64,000 bases of DNA. It comes from Auanema rhodensis. Lineage: Eukaryota; Animalia; Nematoda. The position numbers were made by a program, and so were the translations under genes. This document shows, in pieces, positions 11,601-25,999 of this stretch; the stretch's first letter is position 1; every line of letters starts with the position of its first letter. The notes beneath the pieces are model-generated. The model saw nothing but the letters and a program-made list of their open reading frames with translations, had not been told where the DNA came from and searched no databases. The stretch covers positions 7,812,001-7,876,000 of the forward strand of contig OZ059900.1 of NCBI GenBank assembly GCA_964057225.1, read 5' to 3'.

Positions 11601-14600
11601 GGGCATTTTGGCAAAATCAGTCAAACTTTTGATCTTAAGCATATTTTTTTCTTCTAAAACGACTAAATGTATGAAATACTGTCATAGAATGTTCATATAG
11701 GTGTATTTTGCACGAATATCAAAACTGATTGAAATATGGGCCTTTTTATGCTCAAAACGCCATATATTCAACGATTTTGGGTACAAAACATGTGAAAACT
11801 GTATGTTTTGATCAGACCCTTTGAGATATGGATTTAAAATTCAGGATTCATAAAATTCGACTATTTTTACATATATATGTCCAATTTTAACCACTTTGGT
11901 CAAAAAGGACCGAAAATATCAAGAATTATTGGTTTTTTGGGGTTTGAAGGGCATTTTGGCAAAATCAGTCAAACTTTTGATCTTAAGCATATTTTTTTCT
12001 TCTAAAACGACTAAATGTATGAAATACTGTCATAGAATGTTCATATAGGTGTATTTTGCACGAATATCAAAACTGATTGAAATATGGGCCTTTTTATGCT
12101 CAAAACGCCATATATTCAACGATTTTGGGTACAAAACATGTGAAAACTGTATGTTTTGATCAGACCCTTTGAGATATGGATTTGAAATTCAGGATTCATA
12201 AACTTCGACTATTTCTACATATATATGTCCAATTTTAACCACTTTGGTCAAAAAGGACCGAAAATATCAAGAATTATTGGTTTTTTGGGGTTTGAAGGGC
12301 ATTTTGGCAAAATCAGTCAAACTTTTGATCTTAAGCATATTTTTTTTTCTAAAACGACTAAATGTATGAAATACTGTCAAAGAATGTTCATATAGGTGTA
12401 TTTTGCACGAATATCAAAACTGATTGAAATATGGGCCTTTTTATGTTCAAAACGCCATATATTCAACGATTTTGGGTACAAAACATGTGAAAACTGTATG
12501 TTTTGATCAGACCCTTTGAGATATGGATTTGAAATTCAGGATTCATAAACTTTGACTATTTTTACATATATATGTTCAATTTTAACCACTTTGGTCGAAA
12601 AGGACCGAAAATATCAAGAATTATTGGTTTTTTGGGGTTTGAAGGGCATTTTGGCAAAATCAGTCAAACTTTTGATCTTAAGCATATTTTTTTCTTCTAA
12701 AACGACTAAATGTATGAAATACTGTCATAGAATGTTCATATAGGTGTATTTTGCACGAATATCAAAACTGATTGAAATATGGGCCTTTTTATGCTCAAAA
12801 CGCCATATATTCAACGATTTTGGGTACAAAACATGTGAAAACTGTATGTTTTGATCAGACCCTTTGAGATATGGATTTGAAATTCAGGATTCATAAACTT
12901 TGACTATTTCTACATATATATGTCCAATTTTAACCACTTTGGTCAAAAAGGACCGAAAGTATCAAGAATTATTGGTTTTTTGGGGTTTGAAGGGCATTTT
13001 GGCAAAATCAGTCAAACTTTTGATCTTAAGCATATTTTTTTCTTCTAAAACGACTAAATGTATGAAATACTGTCAAAGAATGTTCATATAGGTATATTTT
13101 GCACGAATATCAAAACTGATTGAAATATGGGCCTTTTTATGCTCAAAACGCCATATATTCAACGATTTTGGGTACAAAACATGTGAAAATTGTATGTTTT
13201 GATCAGACCCTTTGAGATATGGATTTGAAATTCAGGATTCATAAACTTTGACTATTTTTACATATATATGTCCAATTTTAACCACTTTGGTCGAAAAGGA
13301 CCGAAAATATCAAGAATTATTGGTTTTTTGGGGATTGAAGGGCATTTTGGCAAAATCAGTGAAACTTTTGATCTTAAGCATATTTTTTTCTTCTAAAACG
13401 ACTAAATGTATGAAATACTGTCATAGAATGTTCATATAGGTGTATTTTGCACGAATATCAAAACTGATTGAAATATGGGCCTTTTTATGTTCAAAACGCC
13501 ATATATTCAACGATTTTGGGTACAAAACATGTGAAAACTGTATGTTTTGATCAGACCCTTTGAGATATGGATTTGAAATTCAGGATTCATAAACTTTGAC
13601 TATTTTTACATATATATGTCCAATTTTAACCACTTTGGTCAAAAAGGACCGAAAATATCAAGAATTATTGGTTTTTTGGGGATTGAAGGGCATTTTGGCA
13701 AAATCAGTCAAACTTTTGATCTTAAGCATATTTTTTTCTTCTAAAACGACTAAATGTATGAAATACTGTCATAGAATGTTCATATAGGTGTATTTTGCAC
13801 GAATATCAAAACTGATTGAAATATGGGCCTTTTTATGCTCAAAACGCCATATATTCAACGATTTTGGGTACAAAACATGTGAAAACTGTATGTTTTGATC
13901 AGACCCTTTGAGATATGGATTTAAAATTCAGGATTCATAAAATTCGACTATTTTTACATATATATGTCCAATTTTAACCACTTTGGTCAAAAAGGACCGA
14001 AAATATCAAGAATTATTGGTTTTTTGGGGTTTGAAGGGCATTTTGGCAAAATCAGTCAAACTTTTGATCTTAAGCATATTTTTTTCTTCTAAAACGACTA
14101 AATGTATGAAATACTGTCATAGAATGTTCATATAGGTGTATTTTGCACGAATATCAAAACTGATTGAAATATGGGCCTTTTTATGCTCAAAACGCCATAT
14201 ATTCAACGATTTTGGGTACAAAACATGTGAAAACTGTATGTTTTGATCAGACCCTTTGAGATATGGATTTGAAATTCAGGATTCATAAACTTCGACTATT
14301 TCTACATATATATGTCCAATTTTAACCACTTTGGTCAAAAAGGACCGAAAATATCAAGAATTATTGGTTTTTTGGGGTTTGAAGGGCATTTTGGCAAAAT
14401 CAGTCAAACTTTTGATCTTAAGCATATTTTTTTTTCTAAAACGACTAAATGTATGAAATACTGTCAAAGAATGTTCATATAGGTGTATTTTGCACGAATA
14501 TCAAAACTGATTGAAATATGGGCCTTTTTATGTTCAAAACGCCATATATTCAACGATTTTGGGTACAAAACATGTGAAAACTGTATGTTTTGATCAGACC

Positions 14601-17600
14601 CTTTGAGATATGGATTTGAAATTCAGCATTCATAAACTTTGACTATTTTTACATATATATGTTCAATTTTAACCACTTTGGTCGAAAAGGACCGAAAATA
14701 TCAAGAATTATTGGTTTTTTGGGGTTTGAAGGGCATTTTGGCAAAATCAGTCAAACTTTTGATCTTAAGCATATTTTTTTCTTCTAAAACGACTAAATGT
14801 ATGAAATACTGTCATAGAATGTTCATATAGGTGTATTTTGCACAAATATCAAAACTGATTGAAATATGGGCCTTTTTATGCTCAAAACGCCATATATTCA
14901 ACGATTTTGGGTACAAAACATGTGAAAACTGTATGTTTTGATCAGACCCTTTGAGATATGGATTTAAAATTCAGGATTCATAAAATTCGACTATTTTTAC
15001 ATATATATGTCCAATTTTAACCACTTTGGTCAAAAAGGACCGAAAATATCAAGAATTATTGGTTTTTTGGGGTTTGAAGGGCATTTTGGCTAAATCAGTC
15101 AAACTTTTGATCTTAAGCATATTTTTTTCTTCTAAAACGACTAAATGTATGAAATACTGTCAAAGAATGTTCATATAGGTGTATTTTGCACGAATATCAA
15201 AACTGATTGAAATATGGGCCTTTTTATGCTCAAAACGCCATATATTCAACGATTTTGGGTACAAAACATGTGAAAACTGTATGTTTTGATCAGACCCTTT
15301 GAGATATGGATTTGAAATTCAGGATTCATAAACTTCGACTATTTCTACATATATATATGTCCAATTTTAACCACTTTGGTCAAAAAGGACCGAAAATATC
15401 AAGAATTATTGGTTTTTTGGGGTTTGAAGGGCATTTTGGCAAAATCAGTCAAACTTTTGATCTTAAGCATATTTTTTTTTCTAAAACGACTAAATGTATG
15501 AAATACTGTCAAAGAATGTTCATATAGGTGTATTTTGCACGAATATCAAAACTGATTGAAATATGGGCCTTTTTATGTTCAAAACGCCATATATTCAACG
15601 ATTTTGGGTACAAAACATGTGAAAACTGTATGTTTTGATCAGACCCTTTGAGATATGGATTTGAAATTCAGGATTCATAAACTTTGACTATTTTTACATA
15701 TATATGTTCAATTTTAACCACTTTGGTCGAAAAGGACCGAAAATATCAAGAATTATTGGTTTTTTGGGGTTTGAAGGGCATTTTGGCAAAATCAGTCAAA
15801 CTTTTGATCTTAAGCATATTTTTTTCTTCTAAAACGACTAAATGTATGAAATACTGTCATAGAATGTTCATATAGGTGTATTTTGCACAAATATCAAAAC
15901 TGATTGAAATATGGGCCTTTTTATGCTCAAAACGCCATATATTCAACGATTTTGGGTACAAAACATGTGAAAACTGTATGTTTTGATCAGACCCTTTGAG
16001 ATATGGATTTAAAATTCAGGATTCATAAAATTCGACTATTTTTACATATATATGTCCAATTTTAACCACTTTGGTCAAAAAGGACCGAAAATATCAAGAA
16101 TTATTGGTTTTTTGGGGTTTGAAGGGCATTTTGGCTAAATCAGTCAAACTTTTGATCTTAAGCATATTTTTTTCTTCTAAAACGACTAAATGTATGAAAT
16201 ACTGTCAAAGAATGTTCATATAGGTGTATTTTGCACGAATATCAAAACTGATTGAAATATGGGCCTTTTTATGTTCAAAACGCCATATATTCAACGATTT
16301 TGGGTACAAAACATGTGAAAACTGTATGTTTTGATCAGACCCTTTGAGATATGGATTTGAAATTCAGGATTCATAAACTTCGACTATTTCTACATATATA
16401 TGTCCAATTTTAACCACTTTGGTCAAAAAGGACCGAAAATATCAAGAATTATTGGTTTTTTGGGGTTTGAAGGGCATTTTGGCAAAATCAGTCAAACTTT
16501 TGATCTTAAGCATATTTTTTTTTCTAAAACGACTAAATGTATGAAATACTGTCAAAGAATGTTCATATAGGTGTATTTTGCACGAATATCAAAACTGATT
16601 GAAATATGGGCCTTTTTATGTTCAAAACGCCATATATTCAACGATTTTGGGTACAAAACATGTGAAAACTGTATGTTTTGATCAGACCCTTTGAGATATG
16701 GATTTGAAATTCAGGATTCATGAACTTCGACTATTTTTACATATATATGTCCAATTTTAACCACTTTGGTCGAAAAGGACCGAAAATATCAAGAATTATT
16801 GGTTTTTTGGGGATTGAAGGGCATTTTGGCAAAATCAGTCAAACTTTTGATCTTAAGCATATTTTTTTCTTCTAAAACGACTAAATGTATGAAATACTGT
16901 CATAGAATGTTCATATAGGTGTATTTTGCACAAATATCAAAACTGATTGAAATATGGGCCTTTTTATGCTCAAAACGCCATATATTCAACGATTTTGGGT
17001 ACAAAACATGTGAAAACTGTATGTTTTGATCAGACCCTTTGAGATATGGATTTGAAATTCAGGATTCATAAACTTTGACTATTTTTACATATATATGTCC
17101 AATTTTAACCACTTTGGTCGAAAAGGACCGAAAATATCAAGAATTATTGGTTTTTTGGGGATTGAAGGGCATTTTGGCAAAATCAGTCAAACTTTTGATC
17201 TTAAGCATATTTTTTTCTTCTAAAACGACTAAATGTATGAAATACTGTCATAGAATGTTCATATAGGTGTATTTTGCACGAATATCAAAACTGATTGAAA
17301 TATGGGCCTTTTTATGTTCAAAACGCCATATATTCAACGATTTTGGGTACAAAACATGTGAAAACTGTATGTTTTGATCAGACCCTTTGAGATATGGATT
17401 TCGAATTCAGGATTCATAAACTTTGACTATTTTTACATATATATGTTCAATTTTAACCACTTTGGTCAAAAAGGACCGAATATATCAAGAATTATTGGTT
17501 TTTTGGGGTTTGAAGGGCATTTTGGCTAAATCAGTCAAACTTTTGATCTTAAGCATATTTTTTTTTCTAAAACGACTAAATGTATGAAATACTGTCAAAG

Positions 17601-20600
17601 AATGTTCATATAGGTGTATTTTGCACGAATATCAAAACTGATTGAAATATGGGCCTTTTTATGTTCAAAACGCCATATATTCAACGATTTTGGGTACAAA
17701 ACATGTGAAAACTGTATGTTTTGATCAGACCCTTTGAGATATGGATTTGAAATTCAGGATTCATAAACTTTGACTATTTTTACATATATATGTCCAATTT
17801 TAACCACTTTGGTCAAAAAGGACCGAAAATATCAAGAATTATTGGTTTTTTGGGGATTGAAGGGCATTTTGGCAAAATCAGTCAAACTTTTGATCTTAAG
17901 CATATTTTTTTCTTCTAAAACGACTAAATGTATGAAATACTGTCATAGAATGTTCATATAGGTGTATTTTGCACGAATATCAAAACTGATTGAAATATGG
18001 GCCTTTTTATGCTCAAAACGCCATATATTCAACGATTTTGGGTACAAAACATGTGAAAACTGTATGTTTTGATCAGACCCTTTGAGATATGGATTTGAAA
18101 TTCAGGATTCATAAACTTTGACTATTTTTACATATATATGTTCAATTTTAACCAGTTTGGTCAAGAAGGACCGAAAATATCAAGAATTATTGGTTTTTTG
18201 GGGTTTGAAGGGCATTTTGGCAAAATCAGTCAAACTTTTGATCTTAAGCATATTTTTTTCTTCTAAAACGACTAAATGTATGAAATACTGTCATAGAATG
18301 TTCATATAGGTGTATTTTGCACGAATATCAAAACTGATTGAAATATGGGCCTTTTTATGCTCAAAACGCCATATATTCAACGATTTTGGGTACAAAACAT
18401 GTGAAAACTGTATGTTTTGATCAGACCCTTTGAGATATGGATTTGAAATTCAGGATTCATAAACTTTGACTATTTCTACATATATATGTCCAATTTTAAC
18501 CACTTTGGTCAAAAAGGACCGAAAGTATCAAGAATTATTGGTTTTTTGGGGTTTGAAGGGCATTTTGGCAAAATCAGTCAAACTTTTGATCTTAAGCATA
18601 TTTTTTTCTTCTAAAACGACTAAATGTATGAAATACTGTCAAAGAATGTTCATATAGGTATATTTTGCACGAATATCAAAACTGATTGAAATATGGGCCT
18701 TTTTATGCTCAAAACGCCATATATTCAACGATTTTGGGTACAAAACATGTGAAAACTGTATGTTTTGATCAGACCCTTTGAGATATGGATTTGAAATTCA
18801 GGATTCATAAACTTTGACTATTTTTACATATATATGTCCAATTTTAACCACTTTGGTCGAAAAGGACCGAAAATATCAAGAATTATTGGTTTTTTGGGGA
18901 TTGAAGGGCATTTTGGCAAAATCAGTGAAACTTTTGATCTTAAGCATATTTTTTTTTTCTAAAACGACTAAATGTATGAAATACTGTCATAGAATGTTCA
19001 TATAGGTGTATTTTGCACGAATATCAAAACTGATTGAAATATGGGCCTTTTTATGTTCAAAACGCCATATATTCAACGATTTTGGGTACAAAACATGTGA
19101 AAACTGTATGTTTTGATCAGACCCTTTGAGATATGGATTTGAAATTCAGGATTCATAAACTTTGACTATTTTTACATATATATGTCCAATTTTAACCACT
19201 TTGGTCAAAAAGGACCGAAAATATCAAGAATTATTGGTTTTTTGGGGATTGAAGGGCATTTTGGCAAAATCAGTCAAACTTTTGATCTTAAGCATATTTT
19301 TTTCTTCTAAAACGACTAAATGTATGAAATACTGTCATAGAATGTTCATATAGGTGTATTTTGCACGAATATCAAAACTGATTGAAATATGGGCCTTTTT
19401 ATGCTCAAAACGCCATATATTCAACGATTTTGGGTACAAAACATGTGAAAACTGTATGTTTTGATCAGACCCTTTGAGATATGGATTTAAAATTCAGGAT
19501 TCATAAAATTCGACTATTTTTACATATATATGTCCAATTTTAACCACTTTGGTCAAAAAGGACCGAAAATATCAAGAATTATTGGTTTTTTGGGGTTTGA
19601 AGGGCATTTTGGCAAAATCAGTCAAACTTTTGATCTTAAGCATATTTTTTTCTTCTAAAACGACTAAATGTATGAAATACTGTCATAGAATGTTCATATA
19701 GGTGTATTTTGCACGAATATCAAAACTGATTGAAATATGGGCCTTTTTATGCTCAAAACGCCATATATTCAACGATTTTGGGTACAAAACATGTGAAAAC
19801 TGTATGTTTTGATCAGACCCTTTGAGATATGGATTTGAAATTCAGGATTCATAAACTTCGACTATTTCTACATATATATGTCCAATTTTAACCACTTTGG
19901 TCAAAAAGGACCGAAAATATCAAGAATTATTGGTTTTTTGGGGTTTGAAGGGCATTTTGGCAAAATCAGTCAAACTTTTGATCTTAAGCATATTTTTTTT
20001 TCTAAAACGACTAAATGTATGAAATACTGTCAAAGAATGTTCATATAGGTGTATTTTGCACGAATATCAAAACTGATTGAAATATGGGCCTTTTTATGTT
20101 CAAAACGCCATATATTCAACGATTTTGGGTACAAAACATGTGAAAACTGTATGTTTTGATCAGACCCTTTGAGATATGGATTTGAAATTCAGGATTCATA
20201 AACTTTGACTATTTTTACATATATATGTTCAATTTTAACCACTTTGGTCGAAAAGGACCGAAAATATCAAGAATTATTGGTTTTTTGGGGTTTGAAGGGC
20301 ATTTTGGCAAAATCAGTCAAACTTTTGATCTTAAGCATATTTTTTTCTTCTAAAACGACTAAATGTATGAAATACTGTCATAGAATGTTCATATAGGTGT
20401 ATTTTGCACGAATATCAAAACTGATTGAAATATGGGCCTTTTTATGTTCAAAACGCCATATATTCAACGATTTTGGGTACAAAACATGTGAAAACTGTAT
20501 GTTTTGATCAGACCCTTTGAGATATGGATTTGAAATTCAGGATTCATAAACTTTGACTATTTTTACATATATATGTCCAATTTTAACCACTTTGGTCAAA

Positions 20601-23600
20601 AAGGACCGAAAATATCAAGAATTATTGGTTTTTTGGGGATTGAAGGGCATTTTGGCAAAATCAGTCAAACTTTTGATCTTAAGCATATTTTTTTCTTCTA
20701 AAACGACTAAATGTATGAAATACTGTCATAGAATGTTCATATAGGTGTATTTTGCACGAATATCAAAACTGATTGAAATATGGGCCTTTTTATGCTCAAA
20801 ACGCCATATATTCAACGATTTTGGGTACAAAACATGTGAAAACTGTATGTTTTGATCAGACCCTTTGAGATATGGATTTAAAATTCAGGATTCATAAAAT
20901 TCGACTATTTTTACATATATATGTCCAATTTTAACCACTTTGGTCAAAAAGGACCGAAAATATCAAGAATTATTGGTTTTTTGGGGTTTGAAGGGCATTT
21001 TGGCAAAATCAGTCAAACTTTTGATCTTAAGCATATTTTTTTCTTCTAAAACGACTAAATGTATGAAATACTGTCATAGAATGTTCATATAGGTGTATTT
21101 TGCACGAATATCAAAACTGATTGAAATATGGGCCTTTTTATGCTCAAAACGCCATATATTCAACGATTTTGGGTACAAAACATGTGAAAACTGTATGTTT
21201 TGATCAGACCCTTTGAGATATGGATTTGAAATTCAGGATTCATAAACTTCGACTATTTCTACATATATATGTCCAATTTTAACCACTTTGGTCAAAAAGG
21301 ACCGAAAATATCAAGAATTATTGGTTTTTTGGGGTTTGAAGGGCATTTTGGCAAAATCAGTCAAACTTTTGATCTTAAGCATATTTTTTTTTCTAAAACG
21401 ACTAAATGTATGAAATACTGTCAAAGAATGTTCATATAGGTGTATTTTGCACGAATATCAAAACTGATTGAAATATGGGCCTTTTTATGTTCAAAACGCC
21501 ATATATTCAACGATTTTGGGTACAAAACATGTGAAAACTGTATGTTTTGATCAGACCCTTTGAGATATGGATTTGAAATTCAGGATTCATAAACTTTGAC
21601 TATTTTTACATATATATGTTCAATTTTAACCACTTTGGTCGAAAAGGACCGAAAATATCAAGAATTATTGGTTTTTTGGGGTTTGAAGGGCATTTTGGCA
21701 AAATCAGTCAAACTTTTGATCTTAAGCATATTTTTTTCTTCTAAAACGACTAAATGTATGAAATACTGTCATAGAATGTTCATATAGGTGTATTTTGCAC
21801 GAATATCAAAACTGATTGAAATATGGGCCTTTTTATGCTCAAAACGCCATATATTCAACGATTTTGGGTACAAAACATGTGAAAACTGTATGTTTTGATC
21901 AGACCCTTTGAGATATGGATTTGAAATTCAGGATTCATAAACTTTGACTATTTCTACATATATATGTCCAATTTTAACCACTTTGGTCAAAAAGGACCGA
22001 AAGTATCAAGAATTATTGGTTTTTTGGGGTTTGAAGGGCATTTTGGCAAAATCAGTCAAACTTTTGATCTTAAGCATATTTTTTTCTTCTAAAACGACTA
22101 AATGTATGAAATACTGTCAAAGAATGTTCATATAGGTATATTTTGCACGAATATCAAAACTGATTGAAATATGGGCCTTTTTATGCTCAAAACGCCATAT
22201 ATTCAACGATTTTGGGTACAAAACATGTGAAAACTGTATGTTTTGATCAGACCCTTTGAGATATGGATTTGAAATTCAGGATTCATAAACTTTGACTATT
22301 TCTACATATATATGTCCAATTTTAACCACTTTGGTCAAAAAGGACCGAAAGTATCAAGAATTATTGGTTTTTTGGGGTTTGAAGGGCATTTTGGCAAAAT
22401 CAGTCAAACTTTTGATCTTAAGCATATTTTTTTCTTCTAAAACGACTAAATGTATGAAATACTGTCAAAGAATGTTCATATAGGTATATTTTGCACGAAT
22501 ATCAAAACTGATTGAAATATGGGCCTTTTTATGCTCAAAACGCCATATATTCAACGATTTTGGGTACAAAACATGTGAAAACTGTATGTTTTGATCAGAC
22601 CCTTTGAGATATGGATTTGAAATTCAGGATTCATAAACTTTGACTATTTTTACATATATATGTCCAATTTTAACCACTTTGGTCGAAAAGGACCGAAAAT
22701 ATCAAGAATTATTGGTTTTTTGGGGATTGAAGGGCATTTTGGCAAAATCAGTGAAACTTTTGATCTTAAGCATATTTTTTTCTTCTAAAACGACTAAATG
22801 TATGAAATACTGTCATAGAATGTTCATATAGGTGTATTTTGCACGAATATCAAAACTGATTGAAATATGGGCCTTTTTATGTTCAAAACGCCATATATTC
22901 AACGATTTTGGGTACAAAACATGTGAAAACTGTATGTTTTGATCAGACCCTTTGAGATATGGATTTGAAATTCAGGATTCATAAACTTTGACTATTTTTA
23001 CATATATATGTCCAATTTTAACCACTTTGGTCAAAAAGGACCGAAAATATCAAGAATTATTGGTTTTTTGGGGATTGAAGGGCATTTTGGCAAAATCAGT
23101 CAAACTTTTGATCTTAAGCATATTTTTTTCTTCTAAAACGACTAAATGTATGAAATACTGTCATAGAATGTTCATATAGGTGTATTTTGCACGAATATCA
23201 AAACTGATTGAAATATGGGCCTTTTTATGCTCAAAACGCCATATATTCAACGATTTTGGGTACAAAACATGTGAAAACTGTATGTTTTGATCAGACCCTT
23301 TGAGATATGGATTTAAAATTCAGGATTCATAAAATTCGACTATTTTTACATATATATGTCCAATTTTAACCACTTTGGTCAAAAAGGACCGAAAATATCA
23401 AGAATTATTGGTTTTTTGGGGTTTGAAGGGCATTTTGGCAAAATCAGTCAAACTTTTGATCTTAAGCATATTTTTTTCTTCTAAAACGACTAAATGTATG
23501 AAATACTGTCATAGAATGTTCATATAGGTGTATTTTGCACGAATATCAAAACTGATTGAAATATGGGCCTTTTTATGCTCAAAACGCCATATATTCAACG

Positions 23601-25660
23601 ATTTTGGGTACAAAACATGTGAAAACTGTATGTTTTGATCAGACCCTTTGAGATATGGATTTGAAATTCAGGATTCATAAACTTCGACTATTTCTACATA
23701 TATATGTCCAATTTTAACCACTTTGGTCAAAAAGGACCGAAAATATCAAGAATTATTGGTTTTTTGGGGTTTGAAGGGCATTTTGGCAAAATCAGTCAAA
23801 CTTTTGATCTTAAGCATATTTTTTTTTCTAAAACGACTAAATGTATGAAATACTGTCAAAGAATGTTCATATAGGTGTATTTTGCACGAATATCAAAACT
23901 GATTGAAATATGGGCCTTTTTATGTTCAAAACGCCATATATTCAACGATTTTGGGTACAAAACATGTGAAAACTGTATGTTTTGATCAGACCCTTTGAGA
24001 TATGGATTTGAAATTCAGCATTCATAAACTTTGACTATTTTTACATATATATGTTCAATTTTAACCACTTTGGTCGAAAAGGACCGAAAATATCAAGAAT
24101 TATTGGTTTTTTGGGGTTTGAAGGGCATTTTGGCAAAATCAGTCAAACTTTTGATCTTAAGCATATTTTTTTCTTCTAAAACGACTAAATGTATGAAATA
24201 CTGTCATAGAATGTTCATATAGGTGTATTTTGCACAAATATCAAAACTGATTGAAATATGGGCCTTTTTATGCTCAAAACGCCATATATTCAACGATTTT
24301 GGGTACAAAACATGTGAAAACTGTATGTTTTGATCAGACCCTTTGAGATATGGATTTAAAATTCAGGATTCATAAAATTCGACTATTTTTACATATATAT
24401 GTCCAATTTTAACCACTTTGGTCAAAAAGGACCGAAAATATCAAGAATTATTGGTTTTTTGGGGTTTGAAGGGCATTTTGGCTAAATCAGTCAAACTTTT
24501 GATCTTAAGCATATTTTTTTCTTCTAAAACGACTAAATGTATGAAATACTGTCAAAGAATGTTCATATAGGTGTATTTTGCACGAATATCAAAACTGATT
24601 GAAATATGGGCCTTTTTATGCTCAAAACGCCATATATTCAACGATTTTGGGTACAAAACATGTGAAAACTGTATGTTTTGATCAGACCCTTTGAGATATG
24701 GATTTGAAATTCAGGATTCATAAACTTCGACTATTTCTACATATATATGTCCAATTTTAACCACTTTGGTCAAAAAGGACCGAAAATATCAAGAATTATT
24801 GGTTTTTTGGGGTTTGAAGGGCATTTTGGCAAAATCAGTCAAACTTTTGATCTTAAGCATATTTTTTTTTCTAAAACGACTAAATGTATGAAATACTGTC
24901 AAAGAATGTTCATATAGGTGTATTTTGCACGAATATCAAAACTGATTGAAATATGGGCCTTTTTATGTTCAAAACGCCATATATTCAACGATTTTGGGTA
25001 CAAAACATGTGAAAACTGTATGTTTTGATCAGACCCTTTGAGATATGGATTTGAAATTCAGGATTCATAAACTTTGACTATTTTTACATATATATGTTCA
25101 ATTTTAACCACTTTGGTCGAAAAGGACCGAAAATATCAAGAATTATTGGTTTTTTGGGGTTTGAAGGGCATTTTGGCAAAATCAGTCAAACTTTTGATCT
25201 TAAGCATATTTTTTTCTTCTAAAACGACTAAATGTATGAAATACTGTCATAGAATGTTCATATAGGTGTATTTTGCACAAATATCAAAACTGATTGAAAT
25301 ATGGGCCTTTTTATGCTCAAAACGCCATATATTCAACGATTTTGGGTACAAAACATGTGAAAACTGTATGTTTTGATCAGACCCTTTGAGATATGGATTT
25401 AAAATTCAGGATTCATAAAATTCGACTATTTTTACATATATATGTCCAATTTTAACCACTTTGGTCAAAAAGGACCGAAAATATCAAGAATTATTGGTTT
25501 TTTGGGGTTTGAAGGGCATTTTGGCTAAATCAGTCAAACTTTTGATCTTAAGCATATTTTTTTCTTCTAAAACGACTAAATGTATGAAATACTGTCAAAG
25601 AATGTTCATATAGGTGTATTTTGCACGAATATCAAAACTGATTGAAATATGGGCCTTTTT
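8630..25660. repeat. Higher-order tandem duplication of a ~22-monomer unit (~8630-16280 and ~16283-25660); second copy expanded by a 4-mer and a 1-mer duplication
   Basis: Private variants recur at offset 7653 (catgaac 9069/16722; tttcgaattc 9749/17402; the ggtcaagaagg and T10 monomers at ORFs 10465/18118 and 11161/18814). Later they recur at offset 9392 = 7653 + 1391 + 348 (cagcatt 14627/24019). Confidence 0.85.
15341..15362. other. +2 bp (AT) slippage expansion in the acatatatatgt palindrome
   Basis: ctacatatatatatgtcc versus consensus ctacatatatatgtcc. It creates the frameshifted 73-aa ORF at 15306. Confidence 0.9.
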
Positions 25661-25999
25661 ATGCTCAAAACGCCATATATTCAACGATTTTGGGTACAAA
25701 ACATGTGAAAACTGTATGTTTTGATCAGACCCTTTGAGATATGGATTTAAAATTCAGGATTCATAAAATTCGACTATTTTTACATATATATGTCCAATTT
25801 TAACCACTTTGGTCAAAAAGGACCGAAAATATCAAGAATTATTGGTTTTTTGGGGTTTGAAGGGCATTTTGGCAAAATCAGTCAAACTTTTGATCTTAAG
25901 CATATTTTTTTCTTCTAAAACGACTAAATGTATGAAATACTGTCAAAGAATGTTCATATAGGTGTATTTTGCACGAATATCAAAACTGATTGAAATATG

